DNA from: Octopus bimaculoides
Lineage: Eukaryota
Reading direction: 5' to 3'
NCBI RefSeq assembly: GCF_001194135.2
Contig: NC_068990.1
Location: forward strand, 74,161,528-74,206,687
DNA: 45,160 bases
Numbering within the stretch: the first letter of the stretch is position 1; every line of letters starts with the position of its first letter. This document shows, in pieces, positions 24,700-36,055 of the stretch. Below the pieces are notes generated by a model. It was not told where the DNA came from and did not search any database. It saw only the letters and a program-made list of their open reading frames with translations. Made by a program: the position numbers and the translations under genes.

Positions 24700-24872
24700 A
24701 CTAATGGTGCCATGTAAAGAATGCCAATTACACTCTATAAAGTGGTTGGTATTAGGAAGAGATTCCAACTGTAGAAACTATTCCATAATAGACAATAGAG
24801 CTTGCCAGTTCTTGTCAAACTGTCCAACCCATGCCAACATGGAAAACAGACGTTAAATGATGATAATGATGT
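24700..24872 (+). mobile_element. RTE-type 3' UTR fragment (family C)
   Basis: GGTGCCATGTAAAG...AAGTGGTTGGTATTAGGAAG...GTCCAACCCATGCCAACATGGAAAACAGACGTTAAATGATGATAATGATG. Confidence 0.7.
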
Positions 24873-24960
24873 TAGCACAAATTTGAAGAAAATTGCTTAC
24901 TATATATTGGCAGTTATGTGTAGAGGTCACATCGTCTCATTATACTTTCTTCTTCTTCAG

Positions 24961-24979
24961 CAGACGACTCACACCTGAT
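24961..24979 (+). CDS. Candidate 19-nt micro-exon (S-RRLTPD), NAGNAG acceptor
   Basis: Acceptor TATACTTTCTTCTTCTTCAG|CAG, donor GAT|GTATGT; phase-compatible with 23409-23460. Confidence 0.25.
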
Positions 24980-26264
24980 GTATGTCTTCATTAATGTCAG
25001 TGTTAACTTTAAGAAATATTTTTTTAATTATCTAAATGAAAATTCTTGTAAGATGAAAGGAATGTTAGACTTTCATCTGCCTATCAGCTATTGGAAGCAA
25101 GTGGATGACAACAAAATCATAGCATTGATCATGGTAACACAACTTTGTAGCCAGAAATATCAGTTTTATATCCTGTATAGCAATTCTCATGACCAAAATG
25201 TAAACAACCATGCAATTAAACTGAAAAAAACACAAAGTTGAAGAATGGTACTCACACAGTTTAGTTTTCTTATGATAAATTTATGGTTTCCTACTATTTT
25301 CTAATATACCATCACAGCATTGTAAGCACATGCAGAGAATCATACATTCTCTCATACAAAACCACATCAAAATATCTTTCAATAGGTGTATGATGAAACA
25401 TATAAAATGTTTGTTTGTTTGTTATTTTTCCATACAATAAACTTGAAAATTAGGGATGTGTCTTATGCGAGAGTGCCTCTTATACACTGGCAAATACGAA
25501 TGTGATGAAAAGAGAACATTAACCTGGGTTAATGAGACAACTAGACATGTTTTGATCATGTTAGACCTCATCAACAAAGCATGTAATCATCCTTAACAAA
25601 GTACACTTGTTTATCCTTTGTTTTTGAATATTGCCAAGATTCTATTTCTTAAATACCAAAAGCACTTTTTGATTATCATCAGCATCAATGGACTTATTTG
25701 GCACAGTTGACCAGAGAACCCCTCTGCCACTGTCTATAATACACCTTCCGTGTACCCTAAACAGTGAGAAAACTACTAAAGAGGCAATAATTCATTATCA
25801 CAGGGGCAGGTGATAAACTGATCATCGCAATAAAAGTTCTATTTTTGGTCCCCCAAAATTTGAGCCTTGATTTGTTGTGGATTTGAATTATAGGGGGTGG
25901 ATCAGTTACACTGGATGGTTTGAGGTATAGCAGAGATTCAGCGGTATGACCAGTGAGATCCACATGTCTCACCATACTCTGAGATAGTATTTCATATTGA
26001 CATTGTTGGCTATTGCCTTTCCTCCAAATAGATCTTAACCATTAATTTGTACTCCAAAAATCCAGATTTCACCCATGTAAAGTAACAAGATCTTAAAGAA
26101 TTTTACCAAGAGTCTAAGACTCATTCACTACCTTTAATCTGTTAGCCAGTCTTCCAATATCATTAACCAGAAGATGCTATATTGCTGGATGGATACAGTT
26201 TGTGGGGCCAAATGGTTACTAATGACTAATGAGCTGATCTGAAAAGGAATTGGCAGGACTCCTA

Positions 26265-26642
26265 CCAAAGGTACCGCTAGTCCCTGACATCTCATAAAGA
26301 GTAAAGACACCCTTCAGTCACAAATGACCATGGGATTGCACTTAGAAAGTTCTCCTTCGAGGCACGAGTTTGGGCAAGTTTGTTTATGGAAGACCAGCAG
26401 TCTCCCATGCATACCAGCCTCCCCTCTCCATGCCACCAATGTTATCCAAGGAAAAGGCAATGGCTAATACAACTTGGCACCAGTGACAATACAACTAATT
26501 TTTCTACAGCTGAGTGAACTAGAGTAATGTGAAATAAAGTGTCTTGCTCAAAAACACAATACACAGCCCACTCCAGGAATCAAACTCACTACTTCATGAT
26601 TGTGAGCCCTGCACTTTAACCACTGAGCCATATGCCTTCACA
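26265..26642 (-). mobile_element. CORE-like tRNA-derived SINE with a different tail
   Basis: Minus strand reads TGTGAAGGCATATGGCTCAGTGGTTAAAG...GAGTTTGATTCCTGG...GTGTTTTTGAGCAAGACACTTTATTTCACATTACTCTAGTTCACTCAGCTGTAG. Confidence 0.75.
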
Positions 26643-27029
26643 ATTTCACTACCAAAGTAGTGAGTGACAAAGAAAGTAGGATTACTGTATTGTAACCTGA
26701 GTAGGCATGGAAAAGAATCATATTTAAACAAACATTAAGGCAGGTTAATTACTAAGACACTTTCTGGATTCTTCCTCTAGAGCAGTGTTTACCAAACTAG
26801 GTGTTGAAGAACACCAAATTTATGCGAAAATATTTTCAGGGGTACTGTGAGATAAATTGTCTTTTAATAAAGTTTTTAAAACAAATTTCATTAAAAAAAA
26901 TGGGTTTAGCTCCTTTCAAATTTATAAGCTATATGGTTTGTATGAGTAAATTTTATCTATAATACAATTTTTATTTCATTTAATGTTTTCCATTGAAATT
27001 AGACAGTAAATGGTTGTCCATAAAAATGT

Positions 27030-27294
27030 AGGCATAGCTGTGAGGTTAAGAAGACTACTTCCTAACCACATAGTTTCAGGTTCAAACTCAATGTATGGCA
27101 CCTTATGCAAGTGTTTTCTGATACACCTCCAAGCTGACCAAAGCGTTGTGACTGGATTTGGTAGATAGAAATTGAAAGAAGCCTGCCATATATGTGTGTG
27201 TGTGTGCGTATGTGCATGTGTGCATGCATGCCTTGAGTGAGAATGAGTGTGTATGAGTGTGTGTTTGAATGAGTGTGAGTGTGAGTGTGTGTGT

Positions 27295-27340
<46 letters not shown>

Positions 27341-27575
27341 ACTGTGTCTTTGCTTTGACCTCATGTGTGATAGTTGTAAAATGAGAGTCATCATCATGCA
27401 AGTAGTGTCCTTCATTTACCATTTTTTGTGGAAACATGTCTGGAAATATTACCTTACTTGGAAGTAGGTGAGAGTTTGCAACAGAAAAGGCATCTAGCTG
27501 TAAAAAAAACTTCTTCAACAAATTCCTTCTGATCCATGCAAGCATAGAAAAGTGTATGGTAGAATAAAGATGATG
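27030..27575 (+). mobile_element. SINE family B with internal (TG)n and tail type 2
   Basis: GGCATAGCTGTGAGGTTAAGAAG...GACCAAAGCGTTGTGACTGGATTTGG head; GGAAACATGTCTGGAAATATTACC...CCATGCAAGCATAGAAAAG tail. Confidence 0.7.
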
Positions 27576-28724
27576 TGTTCTGTGATGTTTAGTAAATGGT
27601 ATAAGGATGTCATGACAAAATATGTTTAGGAATCACTGGTCTTAGCAGCTGAATACAACCACAATTTGCAAGTTGCTGTTTTGTTTCAAGTCACCCTAGA
27701 TTGGAGAGACCTAAGTTCAAAGCCATTCCAACTATGACAGTCTCGTCTTTTTGTATAAAAATAATTACTACATTGTCCAGTCTGTCTTTCCTTCTTTTGC
27801 CAGAGTACATCTGAATGAGAATTCACCATCCTTTCTGGTGAGTAGAAAGATCATACAAATGTTCTTTTGTTGAAAGGATTATTGAAACATCCTCAGCTTA
27901 TTAATGAATAAGTGTTGCTGATTTGCTTGCTATTTCTAGCATATTGAATAGCTCAATAAAGGTTCTTGATAAAAAAAAAAAACACCTATTGATTGTTGTA
28001 ACAACTGTTACATTTTCTTCATAAACAATGTCATTTTCTAAAACCTGTCTCATTGATGTCAGCATTGATATCAAAACTAAGAAGCCAAAACAAACAGAGA
28101 AACTGAAATGAAATACAGAAATTACCCCTTTAAAAGACATAGGAAACAAATTTCTAAGTTAAACCACTAGTGGAAATTTTCAAGAAATTAGATTAGGATA
28201 TAAATCATTGAAGAATATTTATGAACCATGTCAACAATCAAAAACTAACTACTAAATATAATTCAACTGAAGATAGGTGAACAAAAACCTATTAAAGAAA
28301 GCTTAATTTGTCTATAGTTTTCACAAAGACTGAGTCACTTTAACGAAACTGAACTCATTATCACTAAGCTAAGTAAGATTTAAATGTTATAATTCTCTGG
28401 CTGACACCACAAATTTCTAAATATCACACTTTTCTCTTCAAAGATCACACAACTCTATTACTATTCTAGATATTAACTTAATGGTGTAAAATTAGAGAAA
28501 ACACTATTTATATTAATTTCAGAAATTAGTTTCAAGAATATACATAAGCTACGTGTCTGGAATTTTATTAACATTACAATACGTTTCTGAATGCATAAAT
28601 ATCTTCACCTTTTTGAAAGGTTTAGATTCAACTTCACAATCGTTTCTTCTGAATTGTGTAGTTTGAGAGTGATTTTGTACGTTAGTAAGGAATTAAATAT
28701 CTCTGAAATAATATCCTTCACGAA

Positions 28725-29135
28725 GCATCATCATCATCATCATCATCATTTAACATCCGTTTTCCATGTTAGCATGGGTTGGATGGTTTGACTGAGAACT
28801 GGTAAGCCAGGGAGTTGCACCAGGTTCCAATCTGATCTGGCAAGGTTTCTACGGTTGGATGCTCATCCTAATGCCAACCACTCCAAGAGTGTTGTGAGTG
28901 ATTTTTATGTGCCACCAGCATGGGTGCCATTGAGGTGACACTGGCATTAGCCACAACCATGATCTCACTTGGCTTGACAGGTCTGCACAAGCACAGTATA
29001 TTGGCAAAGGTCTTGGTCATGCGTCACTGCTTCCATGAGGCCCAATGCTTGAATGGTGCTTTTTACATTCCACTGGCATGGATGCCAGTCAGATGGCACT
29101 GGCATCGGCCATGACTATGGTTTCACTTGGCTTGG
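28725..29135 (-). mobile_element. RTE-type 3' UTR fragment (family C, long form)
   Basis: (CAT)n TTTAACATCCGTTTTCCATGTTAGCATGGGTTGGATGG...GGATGCTCATCCTAATGCCAACCACTCC. Confidence 0.75.
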
Positions 29136-29419
29136 ATACTTTTACTATTGAATTCTACTTTTTGTTTTTGTCTTTTTAAAAACTTCCTTGCAATCTTTGA
29201 CTGGATTTTGATTTTCTTTTCACACTGTATGTCCTGGGCTAGACAACCAAGCTTGGAGGAGACAACCACACTAGATATTATATTTTTAGATGGACAGCAT
29301 AATATATAAATAGCTATGCTAGTAGTCAAACCCATACCAGCATGTAAGATGGACATTAAAATGTTGATGATGATGGAGATGGTATGTTATGTAAAGGTGA
29401 AATATGTTTCCATTGCATA

Positions 29420-29655
29420 TAATGTTATTCTGTTTCTTAAGGTGTTGAGCTGGCAGAGTCATTTGCTCACCGGACAAATTGCTTAGCAGCATTTTGTTAG
29501 TCTTTATGTTCTGAGTTCAAATTCTGCTGAAGTCAACTTTGCCTTTGATCCTTTCAGGGTTGATGAAATAGGCACCAGTTGAGCACTGAAGTCAATGTAA
29601 TTTACTTGACCCTCCACCAAAATTGCTGGCTTTGTGCCAAAATCTGAAACCAATG
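29420..29655 (+). mobile_element. SINE family A copy (CpGs almost all lost)
   Basis: AAGGTGTTGAGCTGGCAGAGTCATTTGCTC...GTTCTGAGTTCAAATTCTGCTGAAGTCAACTTTGCC...GGCTTTGTGCCAAAATCTGAAACC. Confidence 0.75.
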
Positions 29656-29804
29656 TTGTTCTGTTTGTTATATACATGTACTTCATATGTTTCTATTGCT
29701 AAACATATATTTCAACTACCTTAGCTCTCTTTGACATAATTCTTTCTAACTTTAGCACAAGGCTAGCAATTTTGACGAGAGGACACAAGTCAATTACATT
29801 ACCC

Positions 29805-29812
29805 AACAGTGA

Positions 29813-29881
<69 letters not shown>

Positions 29882-30022
29882 TAAGAACAACATTGAAAAA
29901 TACCTTAGGAATGAGAACCCAGGTTCAAAATTTCCCCAAGACACCTGATGAAGGTGTCTTGGGGAAACGTTGTGATAACAACAAACAAGATGAGGGCAAA
30001 TATCTGTCAAATGTAAATAATG
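29805..30022 (+). mobile_element. Short (TAA)n/hammerhead-bearing repeat (Penelope/retrozyme-like), ribozyme disrupted; inserted into a minus-strand SINE A
   Basis: Homologous to 33785-33985 reverse complement (GAAAAATACCTTAGGAATGAGAA...CCCCAAGACACCTGATGAAGG...GAAACGTTGTG...AACAACAAACAAGATGA). Flanked by SINE A halves (about 29753-29804 and 30023-30178) with imperfect CATTACCC / CATTAACCC duplication. Confidence 0.8.
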
Positions 30023-30859
30023 CATTAACCCATACTATTTGACTGGTACTTATTTTAACAACTCAAAAAGGATGAAACACAAAGTTGACTTCAGCAGAAC
30101 TCAGAGTTTAGAGGGACAGAAGAAATGCCACTAAACATTTTGTCCAAGATATTAATGATTCTGCTAGCCCACTGCTTTAATCATCCTTCATTTAATGACA
30201 CAAGTTAAAATGTTATGCTTTAAAAAGCTGTAACTATGGAAAGAATCTGAAAATACCATTGAAATATAATGAAACAATGTTATGAAACAATGTTATGAAG
30301 ATTTGTAATGAACGCATCAAAATAGAAATTTATAAAGCAAAGACTTTCAATGGTCCAGCAGTAATTTATTAATGTAATTATAGTAAAGAATTTAATTAAT
30401 ATATACTTAGTTGAACAAACAATCGGTAAATTTTGTTATGAAATTCAATATTGAGTCATTCATATTGTCTAACGGTTTGTTTGGATAAGAGGGAAAGGTT
30501 AAACTAGAGATGAAAGATTAACTAAGCATTGAGATGTTGTTATTGTAATTGTTGCTGTTGTTGTTGAAGCTCCTGCTGTTGTTGTTGTTGTATAACTCTA
30601 CATCTACTCTGACTGAGTAGTCTGTTGGTGCATAGCTAGTTCATCAAATGAGTGAGTGTGATCCACAGATCTATTGTTTCAGATATATTATACCTCATCT
30701 TACCTGCGAACTATACTACACAGTCTTTCACACTGATGTTTATTGTAATGCAGTTTAGCATGATAGTCAGGACATGTCCAATTTCTTCCACTGGCTAATC
30801 TATTTTTCTTACATACCTATTTTAGTGGAAGTAGTAATTAACGTTCCTTTACACTTGCA

Positions 30860-31178
30860 TATATCATCATCATCATCATTTAACATCTGTTTTCCATACT
30901 GGTTGGATGGTTTGATGGGCTGGCAAGGCCAGTAACTGCCTCCAGCTCCAAAGTGTGTTTCTTGGTTCCTATAGCTGGATGATGCTATAGAAACCACTTT
31001 ACAAAGTGTACTGGGTGCTTTTTCTGTGGTACTATCACCAGAGGTTTTATGTGACATCATCACCAGTGCTTTTTACTTGGTACCATCAGCAGTGCTTTTT
31101 ATGTGACTCCAGCACCAGCACTTTTTATGTAACACCAGTACCAATGCATTTTGCATGGCACCATCACCAGTGCCTTTT
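30860..31178 (-). mobile_element. RTE-type 3' UTR fragment (family C) with internal ~26-bp minisatellite
   Basis: CATCATCATTTAACATCTGTTTTCCATACTGGTTGGATGG...; units such as GTGCTTTTTATGTGACTCCAGCACCA repeat at 31015-31178. Confidence 0.7.
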
Positions 31179-31820
31179 GGTTACATATTGTACTGCGGTT
31201 CTTAACACTTCTAATACATGCCTAGTATTAAAAAGCTTCTCCACCCATGCTTTATGTGGTCTGTTTGATCTCCTAAAAAATACCAGTCAAATTCTTCTTA
31301 AATCAAATACCTTACTATTATCTTAAAAAGGAATACCTTAAAGGCCAACATAGCCCCATAGACATTGAAAGGCGAAATGGTCATGTCTTGAGCCCCTTTG
31401 ATAGTAGGCTTGTTGAATCAGTCTTCACCAATCGGAAAAGTAAACAATAAGTCCTTTATCAACAGGAGTTAATGAAGGGACCTCTAAACAGTTGATCAAC
31501 TTGCTAAGAACAACAGAAGGATAGCCCACAAATATACAACTGTTTTAAAACAGACCTTTCCACCAGGAAAGTTCTTGATATATAAATTGGTTTATCCAAT
31601 AGTTTTACACCACTGAACTTAGCGGGTATCTAAGCCATGAATTTACGAATAGTTGAAGGGCTGGATGTAGTACTAATGAAAAAGCAATAACTCTTGAAAT
31701 ATGTATATACACCCATAACCTATTTTTTGTGTCTTTGATTGCATTATTTACATAGATATATTTGTATATGAAACATCGTATCTTACAGTGCTGGCTCTGA
31801 ATACTATAGAAAACCCATAG

Positions 31821-31880
<60 letters not shown>

Positions 31881-33245
31881 TAGGCATACATACACATACA
31901 TATAGCTGTTTTAAAAATAGCATATATATATATTTGATTGTGTCCTAAGACACACAATACCTGAAGCTAAAATCATGGGATCATGAGGGCTTAAGTTCAT
32001 TCAGTCTAGGCCTACCTATAGCTAAGTAATTTCTTGATAAACATACGTGATATTATTTACTGTTAATAAAATTTCTTAACTTCTAGTTATACATGATTTA
32101 ATTTGAAATATTTAATTAATATTTCCTGTTAGAGGTATTCTGAAATCTTGGGTAAGCTTATATGTTCAAGTAAAAATAAAATTATATCTAAAATGTATGG
32201 AAATTATTTTCTTGAAAAATAAAGTATTTTATGAGGTTTTCGATAAAGCAGGCACATTTTGGCAGTTGTAAGATCAAATCATTTAAAAAAAAATCATTGA
32301 GATTTCAAGAATAAAACAATGATTTATTATTTTTGTATAATGAATTTAAAAAAAAAATACTGTTAAGACTGGAGTTAACCTTATAGATTAACAGGCAGAA
32401 TGAAATTGGAAAATAAAATCCTTAATCTTGCTTGGTAATATTATTCTTTTATCAGTAAAACAAAAGGGTAATTCCATAAAACAAAATTAAAGGAACTATA
32501 TGGTTCTTTTGCAAAAAGATTTATTTTATATGTCAACTAAGGCTTACATTTATTAATGGGAATTTCGAATACTCATTTTTACCCCCATGTATATAAATAT
32601 ATCAATATATGTATACATATATATATATCAATATCCTTCATAATGACCTATTTTAGCTTACATTAATCTTCAGTTATTCCATACATATGGCAAAATAACN
32701 NNNNNNNNNNNNNNNNNNNNNNNNNNNNNNNNNNNNNNNNNNNNNNNNNNNNNNNNNNNNNNNNNNNNNNNNNNNNNNNNNNNNNNNNNNNNNNNNNNNN
32801 NNNNNNNNNNNNNNNNNNNNNNNNNNNNNNNNNNNNNNNNNNNNNNNNNNNNNNNNNNNNNNNNNNNNNNNNNNNNNNNNNNNNNNNNNNNNNNNNNNNN
32901 NNNNNNNNNNNNNNNNNNNNNNNNNNNNNNNNNNNNNNNNNNNNNNNNNNNNNNNNNNNNNNNNNNNNNNNNNNNNNNNNNNNNNNNNNNNNNNNNNNNN
33001 NNNNNNNNNNNNNNNNNNNNNNNNNNNNNNNNNNGTACTTATACTTTTCAATTATTTTTCTTTATTTTATTTTGTTTATAACATGGTCATAAAAATTGCT
33101 TGCAATCATTATAGTCATTAATCTTTTCATTGTGTTTTCCATTTTCTTTCAAGGCCAATATTTCATTTATTCAAAGACACTTTATCATCAGTAAGTTGAA
33201 GTTAAATACATACAAACACACATACATACACACGTTCACATACGC

Positions 33246-33287
<42 letters not shown>

Positions 33288-33784
33288 ACACAGTGACTAA
33301 GACAGTAATATAATTGAACAGCTTGCTCAACATACTAGTGAACATATCACTGGCCACAAAGTGACTCCAAACAAATTTTAAATGGAAAGTACATTTTACA
33401 ATTTGTTTGAGTTTTTGCTGTACTGACAGATTTCCAGAGGGCTCTACAATAAATAATAAACTAAATCATTTCATATATCTTAACATCATTGCAGTGAACA
33501 GGGAAATGTTAACTCTCAGCATGTTCATATCTCTTTTTAACTCCTAATAGCATAGGTTAGATAGAATGAGATAATATCTCTCTCCTTCTCTTGCACACTC
33601 AAGCACATTTGCTCATTTTACATGGATTTGACAGATATATATTATCGACTCATTGTTTACAGCTGGATGCCTTTCCTGTCACTAAACTTTAGCTGTTTTT
33701 TTTTCCATTAAGGGATCTCGTGTTCCACTCTCGTTGAATGTGCAGAGCCATCAGATGATTTGCTGACAGGAGAATTGACAACAG

Positions 33785-33985
33785 TATTATTTACATTATT
33801 TACATTATTTACATTTGACAGATATTTGTCTTCATCTTGTTTGTTGTTAACACAACGTTTCGGCTGATATACCCTCCAGCCTTCATCAGGTGTCTTGGGG
33901 AAATTTCGAAACTGGATTCTCATTCCTAAGGTATTTTTCAATGTTACTATGATTAATATTATTATTATTATTATTATTATTATTA
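33785..33985 (-). mobile_element. Short (TAA)n/hammerhead-bearing repeat (Penelope/retrozyme-like)
   Basis: Second copy of the 29805-30022 family; ends in three tandem TGTAAATAA units (plus strand ATTATTTAC x3 near 33786-33812). Confidence 0.8.
33849..33894 (-). ncRNA. Minimal type I hammerhead ribozyme motif
   Basis: Minus strand reads GACAC CTGATGA A GGCTG GAGGGTATAT CAGCC GAA ACGT T GTGTT. It has the core CUGAUGA and GAAA, a 5-bp stem II, a 5-bp stem I (one G-U) and a palindromic ACGU in place of helix III, with a GUU cleavage triplet. Confidence 0.8.
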
Positions 33986-34002
33986 GTAGTAGTAGTAGTA
34001 GT

Positions 34003-34930
34003 ATGTGCTGTGGTTTGCTGTGATGCTCTTATGGTTACTGTACTGAAAGTGTTTTGCGTAGGATGTGTGCAGTACCCAGTAGTGCAATTTTCTGTATGTT
34101 ATATATATTTGTAAGTCCTGGTGTTTTTGTTATGTATTTATCTGAATATTTTTTTATTATACCTAAGGCACCTACTATGATANNNNNNNNNNNNNNNNNN
34201 NNNNNNNNNNNNNNNNNNNNNNNNNNNNNNNNNNNNNNNNNNNNNNNNNNNNNNNNNNNNNNNNNNNNNNNNNNNNNNNNNNNNNNNNNNNNNNNNNNNN
34301 NNNNNNNNNNNNNNNNNNNNNNNNNNNNNNNNNNNNNNNNNNNNNNNNNNNNNNNNNNNNNNNNNNNNNNNNNNNNNNNNNNNNNNNNNNNNNNNNNNNN
34401 NNNNNNNNNNNNNNNNNNNNNNNNNNNNNNNNNNNNNNNNNNNNNNNNNNNNNNNNNNNNATGGTTGCTTTCTTGTTTTCTGTGACCTTTTTTGGCGTGT
34501 GTTTATACCATCTTTTTTCTGTTGTTCTTCCATAGTGTTGGTATAGCTTCCAGTGTATATAGGTCCCAGCTCTGTCGTGTCTGTGAATATATTCCTTCTT
34601 AACCAGGACTGGGCAGCCAGAGATAATATGATTTATTGTTTCTTGTCCATCTCCACATATTCTCCAGTTACTTGTGTTTCTTTTCATTATATGTCTTTGG
34701 TAATTTCTGGTGGGGAGGCTTTGGTCTTGTGCAGCAATTAAAAATCCTTCAATCTCTGCTTTGAGTCCTGAGCTTCTCAACCATTGCTGGGATTTTTCTC
34801 TGTCTGTTTCTTTTGTATTTACTTTAGCCCAGTATTTACCATGTAGGGGTTTTTCTTGCCATCATTTTATCATGGACCGTTGCTGTTCTAGTTTTAGTTT
34901 GGATTTCATTTGTTTTATAGCTTTTGTTGT
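34003..34930 (-). mobile_element. R4/Dong-like RLE non-LTR retrotransposon, 5'-truncated 3' portion (gapped)
   Basis: LKAEIEGFLIAAQDQSLPTRNY, decayed CCHC knuckle (W)RICGDGQETINHIISGC and HRHDRAGTYIHW. After the gap comes IIVGALGIIKKYSDKY...QKIALLGTAHILRKTL. Both ends abut (TAA)n tracts. Confidence 0.85.
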
Positions 34931-35438
34931 TTATTATTATTATTATTAAGAATGTGAATGAGTAAGCATTGCATTTGACTACATCGATTATATCAAATCA
35001 GTGAGGAAGACATCACTCATATCAGAAGTAGCTGCCCCAAAATATCTGCAAGGTACTAACTCCCCATGGGACATGACACTGTCACCAAGACAATTTACAA
35101 ATCTTTAAACAAGAAGGATTTTCCTGATGACTAAATATAAAGCATAACAGAATTGGAAAGTATTTACAGCTTTAAAAATATAAAATATTGGCTGAAGATT
35201 CCAATAAAAACAGCAACCCAGTGTAGGCACAATAGGTCAGATGAGGAGACAAAATCATGCATTGTTGTTGAGTTAATTGACTCAAAAGAGCCCCCCCCCT
35301 ATCTGACAGAAAATTTTCAGGTAATGGTCAGTTTATAGTAGAAATAAACATTAAATGAATATGAATACTATAAAAAGAAATTTCATCTCATTCTCAAAGT
35401 CCAGAATTTGTTTAAAAAAATGCAAAATAATGAATAAT

Positions 35439-35666
35439 TTAACCCTTTTGATACCAAGCTGGCTGGAACCTTTGGCTCTGTAGTACAAATGTCTTGTTTT
35501 TTAAAAGTTCTGAATTAAAATCTTCCACCAAACTTTAGTCAAAATTTATGTTCCTAACACTAGCTTAATGATAACTAAGTTATTTTACTAAATTCTTTGC
35601 TATATTTAAAATTAATTGAAAGAAACACAGAGCATCTCAACAGAAATATGGTAACAAAAGGGTTAA
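35439..35666. mobile_element. piggyBac-type TTAA MITE
   Basis: TTAA|CCCTTTTGATACCA ... TGGTAACAAAAGGG|TTAA: 14-bp TIR with one mismatch and TTAA on both sides. Confidence 0.82.
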
Positions 35667-35887
35667 TAGGAAAAGATCTATGAAAAAAACTCTGATTTAT
35701 AATGAAATAGCTAAGTTTTTGCTATATTTATACAATCAATAAAAATAACTTGTTAGAATTTTTATTTAATAAATAACTAAAGATAAATTGATTCCTTTAT
35801 TTATTCATTTGATTGTTTGTTTGTTTGTTTGTTTGTTTGTTTGTTTGATTGATTTGTGTGTTTGTTTGTTTATTCATTTTCGCAACA

Positions 35888-36055
35888 TAGGCACAGGTAT
35901 GACTGTATGGTTAAGAAACTTGCTTCACAACTATGAGATTCAGGTTCAGTCCTACTGTGTAGCACGTTGGGCATCTGCTGCTATAGTCCTAGAATGACTA
36001 ATGCCCTGTGAGTATATTTGGATGAAAGAAATTGTGTGAAAGCCTGTCATATATA
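35888..36055 (+). mobile_element. SINE family B head/body (decayed)
   Basis: GGCACAGGTATGACTGTATGGTTAAGAAACTTGCTTCACAAC...CAGGTTCAGTCCTACTG...AAGCCTGTCATATATATG. Confidence 0.65.

Noticed and set aside
27804-27837. 34-nt exon-like segment with strong acceptor and GTGAGT donor (VHLNENSPSFL)
   Set aside because: Lies within a decayed interspersed repeat and introduces a stop if joined after the 24961-24979 candidate; left out of the micro-exon chain, though it is frame-compatible directly after 23409-23460.
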